A stretch of 64,000 nt of DNA from an uncultured Bacteroidales bacterium (lineage in GTDB: Bacteria; Bacteroidota; Bacteroidia; Bacteroidales; PUMT01), in assembly GCA_964520585.1 (NCBI GenBank), contig CAZFOO010000003.1:21169-85168 (forward strand). Direction: 5' to 3'. A model generated the notes under the pieces. That model did no database searches. It had not been told where the DNA came from and was given only the letters and a program-made list of their open reading frames with translations. Of the stretch, positions 21,044 to 29,900 are shown in pieces. A program made the translations under genes and the position numbers. Position 1 is the stretch's first letter; the number at the start of each line of letters is the position of its first letter.

Positions 21044-21418
21044 ATGAAAATTGCAGTACCAACAAGGGAAAGTGTCGTTGATGACCATTTTGGTCATTGT
21101 GAAAAGTATACAATTTTTACTATAGACGCTGACAGGAATATTATTCATGAAGAATTGCTGCCATCTCCACAGGGATGTGGTTGTAAAAGCAATATCGGGG
21201 TCATTTTACAGGAAATAGGAGTAAATGTTATGTTGGCCGGTAACATGGGTAACGGTGCCCTGAATGTACTTAACTTTCATGGGATTGATGTTTATCGTGG
21301 CTGTGCCGGTAATGTGCGTCATTTGGTTGAAGCTTTTCTGAAAGGAAACATCGAAGATTCTGGCGAGGGTTGCCATTCACATGAACGTCATCAGGAGGGA
21401 CACAGCTGCAACCATTAA
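21044..21418 (+). CDS. NifB/NifX-family (dinitrogenase FeMo-cofactor-binding-like) protein
   Basis: 124 aa, MKIAVPT....VDDHFGHCEKYTIF...GVNVMLAGNMGNGALNVL, with a His/Cys-rich tail CHSHERHQEGHSCNH. Preceded by AAGGAG 9 nt upstream. Confidence 0.8.
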   Translation: MKIAVPTRESVVDDHFGHCEKYTIFTIDADRNIIHEELLPSPQGCGCKSNIGVILQEIGVNVMLAGNMGNGALNVLNFHGIDVYRGCAGNVRHLVEAFLKGNIEDSGEGCHSHERHQEGHSCNH

Positions 21419-21543
21419 AGTAGAGTTAAAAACCGGCTGACCCCGGATTATCCAGTGCTAAAAGTGGCTGTAATTTTTTGTTTTGCAATATGGTTTTTTC
21501 ACCATATATGGCTTACAATTCTTTAACGTAAAATTTATTGATT

Positions 21544-21735
21544 ATGCCTAAAATGGACGGTAAGGGACCTCAAAAGGAAGGTCCCAAAGCAGGTCGTAAA
21601 TTAGGAGCTTGCTCTGATGATAAGGAAAAACAAGAATTATTTTTGGGAAAAGGAATGGGGAAACGACGGAATTCCGGAGGGGGCTCAGGTTTAGGAAAGC
21701 GGTTAAGGTATGATGCGGATAAATCGTATAAATGA
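21544..21735 (+). CDS. DUF5320 family small protein
   Basis: MPKMDGKGPQKEGPKAGRKLGAC... resembles the MPRGDGTGP..G.GRG.G.C N-terminus of DUF5320. The tracked ORF starts at a TTG (21538). Its stop overlaps the next ATG as ATGA. Confidence 0.65.
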   Translation: MPKMDGKGPQKEGPKAGRKLGACSDDKEKQELFLGKGMGKRRNSGGGSGLGKRLRYDADKSYK

Positions 21736-22601
21736 AAGTAGTTGTTTTAATAGACAATAAGCCTCATCCTGAAATGAATTTGCGTTCAGAGCACGGATTG
21801 AGCATTTATTTTGAAGCCGATGGATTAAAATGGCTGTTTGATGTTGGTGCTTCAAATAATTTTTTTATTAATGCCAAACATTTAGGGATCAATATATCAG
21901 ATATTGATTATCTGGTTTTATCTCATGGCCATTCCGACCATACAGGTGGCCTGGGGAAATTCCTGGAAGTGAACAGCAAAGCCCGAATTATTATGTCAGC
22001 CAATATAAGGGATGAGACTTATTACTCTCATCGTTATGAAGAGAAGCGGAATATTGGCATTGATCATTCGGTTATTGAGAAAAACAGGAGCCGGTTCATT
22101 TTTGCTGATAAAAATATGATGATAAGCAAAAATGCAGGTGTGGTTTTAAGATTTCCCCGGAAATTTGATACACCCAAATCAAACAAAAACCTGACCCTGG
22201 AGAATTCTGATGGTGAAACTCCCGATGAATTTCAGCATGAAGTCGCATTATGCGTGAATCTCTCAAATGGGATTGTAGTTTTTTCCGGTTGTTCTCATAA
22301 CGGAATTTTAAATATTCTCGAAGCATGCACCCAGTATTTCCACCATTCCAGGGCCCTTGTTTGTATAGGGGGGACTCATTTAAGAGACAGTGATTCAGTA
22401 AATGCCTATGAATCGGTATCAGAAATTAAAAATACAGGCAGGACCATTTTGGATAATTATCCGGGGATGCAGTTAATTACCGGCCACTGTACTGGAGATA
22501 AAGCAAAAAAACTTCTGTCCCAGGTCATGGGTGATAAATTCCAGGCTTTTCATACCGGAGCTGCTTTTAATATAATGGAGAGCAACCAAAAAGTATTATA
22601 A
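21732..22601 (+). CDS. MBL-fold metallo-hydrolase (COG1237-like)
   Basis: 289 aa with LVLSHGHSDHTGGL metal motif and later GCSHNG / GGTHL motifs. Confidence 0.8.
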   Translation: MKVVVLIDNKPHPEMNLRSEHGLSIYFEADGLKWLFDVGASNNFFINAKHLGINISDIDYLVLSHGHSDHTGGLGKFLEVNSKARIIMSANIRDETYYSHRYEEKRNIGIDHSVIEKNRSRFIFADKNMMISKNAGVVLRFPRKFDTPKSNKNLTLENSDGETPDEFQHEVALCVNLSNGIVVFSGCSHNGILNILEACTQYFHHSRALVCIGGTHLRDSDSVNAYESVSEIKNTGRTILDNYPGMQLITGHCTGDKAKKLLSQVMGDKFQAFHTGAAFNIMESNQKVL

Positions 22602-22810
22602 TACCTTCCAACCTTTTTCCGGCCTTTTTCGTCTTATACATTGTGAGACTAATTACTTTCTATTTAAACCAGGAATAGTCTGTATAATAAACAGATAAAA
22701 AATTTCAGGCAGAATTTCGGAATATCTGCAAGGTTAATTTTTTTCTACAATCAATAAAGTGCCGAAGCAATATTAAAACTTTGTTAACCGGTCATATCAT
22801 AATGTAAAAT

Positions 22811-23203
22811 ATGGAAAATAACCATTTTAATGATTTGAAAGTTTTGATTGCTGAAGATGACAGGGCATCCCAAATACTTCTCAAGGAGCTTTTCAGGTAT
22901 TTTACCAGTGAGATCTTAATTGCAGAAAACGGCCGGGAAGCTGTAGATACGTGTCGCCAGAACCCGGATGTGGGCCTTATACTGATGGATATCAGGATGC
23001 CCCTGATGAACGGATACGATGCTTCAAGGGAGATTCGTAATTTCAATAAAGATGTGGTTATCATTGCCCAATCGGCACATATGCTTTCAGATAATGATGT
23101 TGACCTGAAAATTTCAGGATGCAACGGATATATTTCAAAGCCTATTCGAAAAGCTGTAATAACCGGGCTGCTGGAAAAGTATTTTTGCAAACGGCCGGGC
23201 TAA
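22811..23203 (+). CDS. Single-domain response regulator (receiver)
   Basis: 130 aa with VLIAEDD...LILMDIRMPLMNG...IIAQSA...KP pattern. Confidence 0.85.
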   Translation: MENNHFNDLKVLIAEDDRASQILLKELFRYFTSEILIAENGREAVDTCRQNPDVGLILMDIRMPLMNGYDASREIRNFNKDVVIIAQSAHMLSDNDVDLKISGCNGYISKPIRKAVITGLLEKYFCKRPG

Positions 23204-23294
23204 GTTTTAATTGATTGCAAGTGTTATGTTTTATTAATTATTTCCGGTTTGACTGAACCTGACGGGGACAAGTTCGACCTGCCGGAATATTAAG

Positions 23295-23320
23295 ACCCTG
23301 CCTTATGGCAGGGTTTTTTT
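23295..23320 (+). terminator. Rho-independent terminator
   Basis: ACCCTGCC-TTAT-GGCAGGGT followed by a T-run. Confidence 0.85.
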
Positions 23321-23383
23321 GCGAGTTTATTGCAACTGGATTCATAATTATTATCGGAATAATAACCGTGTAGTAAGTTTACG

Positions 23384-24961
23384 ATGAAATTATTTTACGA
23401 AGTATATTTGCAATATAAAAATCAACTGCGACTTAGCATGAATTTAAATCTTATCTCTTACATCCGGATTACCGGTACTCAAATTTCATGGCCTCATAAA
23501 ACAGGCCTGCAGGCCACCGGATTCCTCCAACCCCCGCGGTTGCCGGTCCTGTGGATTATTTTTATTGCATGGTTGTCTGTTTTTGCATCATGCACCAGAG
23601 AGGAAACAACGGTTATTATTTACCATACAAATGATTCTCACGCACAGCTCGACAATTTGCCTGCCTTAGCATGGCTAATTGAAGAAGATCGTAAAACTAA
23701 TCCTTATGTTTATCTGGTTAGTGCGGGTGATATTTTTTCAGGTAACCCCATGGTTGATTATTACGATCCTCCGGGATACCCTAAAATTGACATTATGAAC
23801 CGGGCAGGATATGATCTTAACACCATAGGCAATCATGAATTTGATTATGGCCCGGAGGTGTTGAACGATCGGATGGAGCAGGCAGATTTCCCTTTTATTC
23901 TTGCAAATATTCATGCTGGTTTTAGCGGATTGGTACAACCTGAACCATATCATATTATTAAGGCCGGCAATAGAGATATTGCCTTTTTCGGTTTGGTTCA
24001 GTTAAATCATATGGGAATACCATCGGCTCATCCCGATAACCTCAAGGGGATGGAGTTTTATCCTCCTCTGGAGACGGCCGGTGAGTTTGATTTTCTGGCT
24101 GGAGCGAATGATGCCGTGATTGCACTTACTCATCATGGTTTCGTGTCTGATACCCTTCTTGCATGGGAGCATCCGTGGATAGATGTTATAATTGGTGGTC
24201 ATAGTCATACTCTCACTCCTGAACCCCGCAAATTCAATGATGTTATCGTCACCACTGCCGGCTCCAGGTTACAACACATAGGTAAAGTCAGCCTTTATTT
24301 CCGCGGCAAGGAGCTTGTGAAAAGAGAGGCAGTGATGATAAGTGTGGAAAGTATTAATGGTCATGATGAAGAGCTAGCCTCTCTTGTCGAAGAATATAAT
24401 GATAATCCCGATTTAAACCGTACAATTGGCCGGTTGGTCAGGCCAATCGAAGGAAAACCCGGATTGGGTGCATTCATAACGGATGCTTACCGCGAATTTG
24501 GCAACTTTGATTTTGCCTTTCAGAATTATGGAGGGATAAGAGTAAACAGGCTCGAAGGGGATATTGTGGTTAAGGACATTTTTGAGATGGACCCTTTTGG
24601 CAACCAATTGGTGAGTATTAGTTTAAGTTACCCGGAGCTTCAGAAACTTATCCAAAACAGCCTTATGGATGATTATTCACCCTCTTTGCAAATGTCCGGT
24701 GGATTAATTGAAATACATATTGAACGTAATGGTGTTTTGAAGCAGGTCAGGATATTGGATGAAAATCTTGAAGAATTGGATAACGGCAGAAAATACCTGA
24801 CCGCTATGCCAAGCTATGTGGCCAGTGCATTTGATTTTGACCACCAGGATCCTGTCAGTGATATGGGAATAATGACCGCTGAAGTTCTTATAGATCATAT
24901 TTCTATAATGAAGAAAGTAGATTTTAGCTGGTCGGAAAGAAGCAAAGTAATTATTTATTAA
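23384..24961 (+). CDS. Bifunctional metallophosphatase / 5-prime-nucleotidase (UshA-like), probable lipoprotein
   Basis: YHTNDSHAQ, SAGDIFSGNP, GNHEFDYG and GGHSHT motifs, plus a C-terminal nucleotidase domain. A lipobox-like LSVFASC suggests the true start may be an internal Met (e.g. 23438). Confidence 0.8.
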   Translation: MKLFYEVYLQYKNQLRLSMNLNLISYIRITGTQISWPHKTGLQATGFLQPPRLPVLWIIFIAWLSVFASCTREETTVIIYHTNDSHAQLDNLPALAWLIEEDRKTNPYVYLVSAGDIFSGNPMVDYYDPPGYPKIDIMNRAGYDLNTIGNHEFDYGPEVLNDRMEQADFPFILANIHAGFSGLVQPEPYHIIKAGNRDIAFFGLVQLNHMGIPSAHPDNLKGMEFYPPLETAGEFDFLAGANDAVIALTHHGFVSDTLLAWEHPWIDVIIGGHSHTLTPEPRKFNDVIVTTAGSRLQHIGKVSLYFRGKELVKREAVMISVESINGHDEELASLVEEYNDNPDLNRTIGRLVRPIEGKPGLGAFITDAYREFGNFDFAFQNYGGIRVNRLEGDIVVKDIFEMDPFGNQLVSISLSYPELQKLIQNSLMDDYSPSLQMSGGLIEIHIERNGVLKQVRILDENLEELDNGRKYLTAMPSYVASAFDFDHQDPVSDMGIMTAEVLIDHISIMKKVDFSWSERSKVIIY

Positions 24962-25209
24962 TAGTCCCTATACTAATAATTGCTTGTTAAGGGTGTTTGC
25001 AATACCTGCCTTTCGGGCAAAGATTGCCAAGCCATTATGGCTGTCTGGGAAGCTTGTTTTAAAGGTAACCTGAAAAAAGGTATTGAATGAATCATGTATT
25101 ATCCATCCGCGGTTAGCACTTTACAAAAAGTTCGTTTATGCCAAAAAGATTGAATTGAGGAAATATTGCCAACAAGAGGCGGAGTACAACGAAAAATATG
25201 AAGATAGTT

Positions 25210-25425
25210 TTATAAAAGTGTAAGATATTTTATAAGCAAAACAGTGTTTTTAGAACCAAGTCCGACTGCGGTGGTCCAGTCGCTGAAAGCCCCGTCAACA
25301 TCTTTAAGACAGAATTTAATCATTCCACGTGCACAATATGCATCAGCAATTTCGGGGCTTTTTGTTATTTCCTCATTGAAATCATGGATTATTTCATTAA
25401 GAGCTTGATGTGTGATTTTATTCAT
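25210..25425 (-). CDS. Small TPR-like protein, hypothetical
   Basis: 71 aa with one TPR-like motif: ADAYCARGMIKFCLKDVDGAFSDWTTAVGLG. Confidence 0.4.
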   Translation of the reverse strand: MNKITHQALNEIIHDFNEEITKSPEIADAYCARGMIKFCLKDVDGAFSDWTTAVGLGSKNTVLLIKYLTLL

Positions 25426-25471
25426 GAGAGAGTCGAAATGTTTACCGGGAATCTGAACATTTAAAAAATAA

Positions 25472-25479
25472 TAAATTTG
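25472..25479 (+). promoter_or_regulatory. Candidate -7 promoter box (TAnnTTTG)
   Basis: TAAATTTG, 86 nt upstream of the GNAT ATG. Confidence 0.35.
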
Positions 25480-25564
25480 TTACCTTTTAATACGCTGGAA
25501 TGCTTCAATAGGTTGCATAAAATGACCGAAATAACTAATAAGTCCTTATAAAATCCAATTACTC

Positions 25565-26149
25565 ATGCAAGAAAACGTTAAAACATTTTATCTTGAAATT
25601 TTGGCCGTGGATCAGGTTCTGCTTAAGAAAGGGTTCAGTAGAAAAATTCAAATTCGTGAGGTTGAGAATAGTGCATATCTTAATTTCATTTTGTTTGCAG
25701 GAGTCGGGCTGCCATGGCGATGGTACAGCAGGTTAAAATGGACGGTTGCCCAATGGGAAGAATACTTTGCTGCCAGGGAGGTGAAAACTTTTTTAGGCTT
25801 TTCCGGGAATAAGCTTATTGGCTATTATGAACTTGAATTTCAAGAGATAAATAATGTTGAACTCAAATTTTTTGGAGTGCTTCCTGCACATATTGGTGAA
25901 GGCTTGGGCGGGATGTTGCTTTCACATGCTATAAAAAGTGCTCTCGATAATGGCGCCGGAAGAATATGGCTGCATACCTGTTCCAATGACTCACAGGCCG
26001 CACTCGGAAATTACTTGTCCAGGGGATTCAGAATATACAGGGAAGAAGAAAATGTCGAATTTGTGCCCGGGAAAGATGAGCTTATAGAAATGGTCTCCGG
26101 TTTTTTCAGTGATTATTTCGATCTTTATGGTAATAATAAAAAAATATAG
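25565..26149 (+). CDS. GNAT-family N-acetyltransferase
   Basis: 194 aa with the acetyl-CoA motif HIGEGLGGMLLSHAI and the tail NDSQAALGNYLSRGF. Confidence 0.75.
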   Translation: MQENVKTFYLEILAVDQVLLKKGFSRKIQIREVENSAYLNFILFAGVGLPWRWYSRLKWTVAQWEEYFAAREVKTFLGFSGNKLIGYYELEFQEINNVELKFFGVLPAHIGEGLGGMLLSHAIKSALDNGAGRIWLHTCSNDSQAALGNYLSRGFRIYREEENVEFVPGKDELIEMVSGFFSDYFDLYGNNKKI

Positions 26150-26692
26150 CATCATGCAGTCAGTTGGCTCCTGAGTAACATATAATCATATATCTTTGAG
26201 GATATTGATCTATGTCCATAGGCATCACATTTGCCGGTTTTTTGAATTTTACAGCATCACGGGATTTCTTTCTTAATTGATTATGGTTTTTATGTTTCCT
26301 TATATTAGTAAACATGTATTCTGAAAATAAATTAATACTGTGATGGAGGTCCTCTATTAGTATTTTATTACTATTTTCGGGACATATTTTGTAGATTGCG
26401 GGACTTTAACTCCTTGTTATATTTTTACCGGCGTTCATTTTTTGCTTATTATCATTAGTGTACGATTTATTTTATTAATATCATAGCTAATGCTTTATAT
26501 TACAGGCTGTTAAAGCTTGATTATTGCCGTGTCGATTTCATTTAAAAAATTGTATTTTAGCTTCAATAAGTATAAATTTAGTATTGATATTCAAATAGAT
26601 ACGCATTAAAGGTTTGAAGATTTTATTTAATCGGACACTTTTGGCTTATTATGTTTTTTTAATCCAGCGATAATTCATCACAGTAAAATCAT

Positions 26693-27799
26693 ATGTTTGA
26701 TTTCAGATTACGTGACCAGGAAGAAGATATACGTCGTCAGGCCCGTGCTATTATAAAGAGTCCGTGCTTTAATTCCCTCCTTGATGATATTCCCAATATG
26801 ATCATTATAATGAACCAAAGGCGGCAGATTATCTATATGAACAAAAAGTTTTCCGAGACCGTACATAAAAAAACCGGCAATGGGAAAATTGGATTAAGAC
26901 CGGGAGAGTGCCTGCTGTGTGTACACGCAGCTGATGGAAATTTCGGGTGCGGCAGCACCGATTTTTGTAAGGTCTGCGGATTTGCCAATGCAATAAAAAA
27001 AAGTGAAAAGGGAGAAAATGCTACCGGAGAATGCAATATAACGCTCGATCACGGAGAAACTCTTACTTTCAGTGTGCATACCAGGCCCTTCCAGGATAAC
27101 GGAAGTCAGTATATATTTGCCTACATGCAGGATATAAGTGATTATAAGACCAGGCAGATGCTGGAAAATATTTTCCTCCATGATATTAATAATTCTGTTA
27201 CTGCGCTTAACGGGTTAAACGAAATGATAGATGAACTTCCTATAAAAGAAGCTAAATCTTATATAAACGATCTTTCTCTTCGACTGACTGATGAGATTCA
27301 TTCATACCGGCTCATTACAGAGGCTGAAAACCACTTACTTTCAATTCTTGTTTCAGAGGTAAGTCTGGATGATCTTATAGATGATGTACTAAGGTCCCTG
27401 TTGAATATCCGGAGTCTCCGCAACCGGAAAGTTAAGCATGAAAAATCAGGATTTCTGATCCATACAGATGAAACCCTGCTTCGAAGAGTCTTGATAAATA
27501 CCATAAAAAATGCCCTTGAAGCCAGTAATGACAAGGAGGAAGTGAAAATTTATTCTACTAAAAAAGAGAATGACGAGAATTATAATATCAATGTTAAGAG
27601 TATTCCGGTCATTCCCAAGGATATTCAATTACAGTTGTTCCAGCGTGCCTTTACTACAAAAGGTGCCGGAAGGGGATGGGGTACATACAGCATAAGGCTT
27701 CTTACTGAAAGATATCTTGACGGGAAGGTCGGGTTTATCTCTGATTTAAAAAACAGGACCATTTTTACGATAAGTGTTCCGTCACTTAAGGAGGATTAA
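26693..27799 (+). CDS. Soluble sensor histidine kinase with a Cys-rich PAS-like N-terminal domain
   Basis: 368 aa with no TM helix. N-terminal cluster C-x2-C-x9-C-x5-C-x2-C (GECLLCVHAADGNFGCGSTDFCKVCGF). H-box FLHDINNSVTAL, N-box NTIKNALEAS, G-box TTKGAGRGWGTYS. Confidence 0.75.
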   Translation: MFDFRLRDQEEDIRRQARAIIKSPCFNSLLDDIPNMIIIMNQRRQIIYMNKKFSETVHKKTGNGKIGLRPGECLLCVHAADGNFGCGSTDFCKVCGFANAIKKSEKGENATGECNITLDHGETLTFSVHTRPFQDNGSQYIFAYMQDISDYKTRQMLENIFLHDINNSVTALNGLNEMIDELPIKEAKSYINDLSLRLTDEIHSYRLITEAENHLLSILVSEVSLDDLIDDVLRSLLNIRSLRNRKVKHEKSGFLIHTDETLLRRVLINTIKNALEASNDKEEVKIYSTKKENDENYNINVKSIPVIPKDIQLQLFQRAFTTKGAGRGWGTYSIRLLTERYLDGKVGFISDLKNRTIFTISVPSLKED

Positions 27800-27820
27800 G
27801 CAGATTTTCTGATATATAAA

Positions 27821-29824
27821 TTAATTTTTATCCTCCATATCATTTAGGCGGAAGCACCTGACCCAATCAACATCAAGGCTTGTTGGCAATCCGGAACCAT
27901 CGGCATCGGGTTCTAAACCTGAACTTAACAGTATATACATTGGTTCCTGCGGCACGCCTTCATTTTCTGTTTTAACTACGGTGTCATTAATCTTCCAGAC
28001 CAGCTTGCCGGGATACCACTCAAGCCGGAAGATAAAGAATCCTTTAGAGAAATCAATCTTTCCCAAACTATTTGAATTTCTTTGAACCTCATCCGGTTTG
28101 TGTTTTGACATCCAGTAAGAGTTAAGCTCAATCCATTTTTTCTTTCTTCCCGAGAATTTAAAAATATCAATATGGGGAACCTGTCTGTCCGAAAGAAGCC
28201 AGAAGGCATGGAATACCGATGGTGAAGAATGCATACGTACCTTGGCCTCAAAAGCACCATATTGCTGTCTGAAACTTTCTCCTGTATTTATAATAGCCGA
28301 GGTATATTCAAATTTTTTCGGGAAAAACCCGATTGCCGGATCCCATGCCTGACCCGTAACGACCTCTCTCCGGGTATGTAGTTTCAGTAATCCCTTATCC
28401 AGCTCGATATTATTGCTTTCCGGATAAAAGTGCTTGTCCGAGGCCAGTGAATAACTCTGATCCAGTAATTGATTTCCCCAGAAATACCTGGTCAGCCATT
28501 TGCTTGTATCTAAATCATGCCCGGAGAAATCATCGGAAAATATAAGTTCCCATTTTTTTAGTTCGTTAAACTTGCCGGAAAGGTATAATTTATTATACCA
28601 TTTAAGTTTGGGAGATCTTTTTAGTTCCTGATATTCCCGTAATTGCTGATATTCTGGCGATTGCTTAAATTTGTCGCGGGATTCGAGGTAGACCCTCGCT
28701 TCTTTGAATTCAGGCGAATCAATATATTTTTCCAGTTCGGTGAACTTTTCAAGCTCGGGTGAGTTGTGCAGTTCTCTGAAATACTTAAGATCTTTGGAAT
28801 TCCTGAGTTTAAAGTATGATCTGAATTTAACCGATTTTTTCAAAGTTTTATAATCATTCAGCTTATGCAGTTCGGCCGCCTTTTCTAAGGCAAAATCTTT
28901 TTTTGCATCCCTGAAGCCGGGTGAATTGATAAAATCTTCAAGTTCCAGGTATTTTTCCAGTTCTGGAGAATTTTCCATCATCTTAAAATTGGCAAAAGCT
29001 TTATTCTCCTGCAATTTTTGATATGCCCTGATATCAGGTTCTGATTTCAGTTTCATATACTCCCTGTACTTTTCGTATTCAGGGGTACTTTTGAATTCTG
29101 AGGAGGAAAGGGCCTTTTTCATCATAATAAATTCCGAAGAATTTATCAGCTGCTGCAACTCCTCGAAATGCGCCAACTTCTTGCTGTCCTCCAGTTCCTT
29201 AAGGGCCTTGTAGTTCTTTGAATATTTAATTTTGAAATAATCCTTTATTTCCGGTGTCTTTTTAAGAGTTTTATAATCGAGATATTTTTGCCAGGCTTCA
29301 GAATCTTTAAATCTCGATTTTTTAACAGCCCTGAATTGACCGGATTTAACATATTTTTCCAGTTCCTCGAATTCCCTGATCTCAGTGGAATTGTCCAATT
29401 GCATAAAATCATCAAATTCTTTTGAAGCAACAAACCTGAAATATCCCTTTATCTCACGTGAATTTTTCAGGGCTTTGTACTCCCGGAGTTTATGATAAGG
29501 TTCTGATCCCTTAAAGCGTTTGGCATTAATATGCTTTTTCCGGTCCTCAAAATCCTGTGAAGTGACTATTTCTTCCAGCTCGAGGAATCTTCGAGGTTCA
29601 CCGGATTCCTCGTAGCGCAGGAATTCTTCATACTCTTTCCTGAGTTCCTGGTCTTTGGCTTCGAGTCTTGATGTCCCTGGTATTAGTCCCAGCGCGGACT
29701 TAATTCTGAACTTGAGTTTCAATAAAGAGTTTGACATCGCCTTAAGCTTTGCTGTTAAATAAATTGAGTTAAAGATATACAAATCTTTTACGTTGGAAAC
29801 ATAATTAAGTTCTGAAATGTACAT
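27821..29824 (-). CDS. Repeat protein with a C-terminal GH16/ConA-like domain carrying a degenerate catalytic motif
   Basis: The C-terminal ~250 aa fit the GH16 pattern (FSDDFSG..LD.SKW, YTSAIINTG, YGAFEAKVRM, FHAFWLL), but HIDIFKF replaces the ExDxxE motif. The N-terminal ~400 aa contain five charged repeats of about 70 aa. The tracked start 29842 is a TTG; ATGs lie at 29824 and 29737. Confidence 0.7.
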   Translation of the reverse strand: MYISELNYVSNVKDLYIFNSIYLTAKLKAMSNSLLKLKFRIKSALGLIPGTSRLEAKDQELRKEYEEFLRYEESGEPRRFLELEEIVTSQDFEDRKKHINAKRFKGSEPYHKLREYKALKNSREIKGYFRFVASKEFDDFMQLDNSTEIREFEELEKYVKSGQFRAVKKSRFKDSEAWQKYLDYKTLKKTPEIKDYFKIKYSKNYKALKELEDSKKLAHFEELQQLINSSEFIMMKKALSSSEFKSTPEYEKYREYMKLKSEPDIRAYQKLQENKAFANFKMMENSPELEKYLELEDFINSPGFRDAKKDFALEKAAELHKLNDYKTLKKSVKFRSYFKLRNSKDLKYFRELHNSPELEKFTELEKYIDSPEFKEARVYLESRDKFKQSPEYQQLREYQELKRSPKLKWYNKLYLSGKFNELKKWELIFSDDFSGHDLDTSKWLTRYFWGNQLLDQSYSLASDKHFYPESNNIELDKGLLKLHTRREVVTGQAWDPAIGFFPKKFEYTSAIINTGESFRQQYGAFEAKVRMHSSPSVFHAFWLLSDRQVPHIDIFKFSGRKKKWIELNSYWMSKHKPDEVQRNSNSLGKIDFSKGFFIFRLEWYPGKLVWKINDTVVKTENEGVPQEPMYILLSSGLEPDADGSGLPTSLDVDWVRCFRLNDMEDKN

Positions 29825-29900
29825 GAAATTTTTTTCAACCAATTTTCCATCAGAAATTCATTGAAAAATGAAAAAGGTACAGCACGGAAAATCGCTGAAG

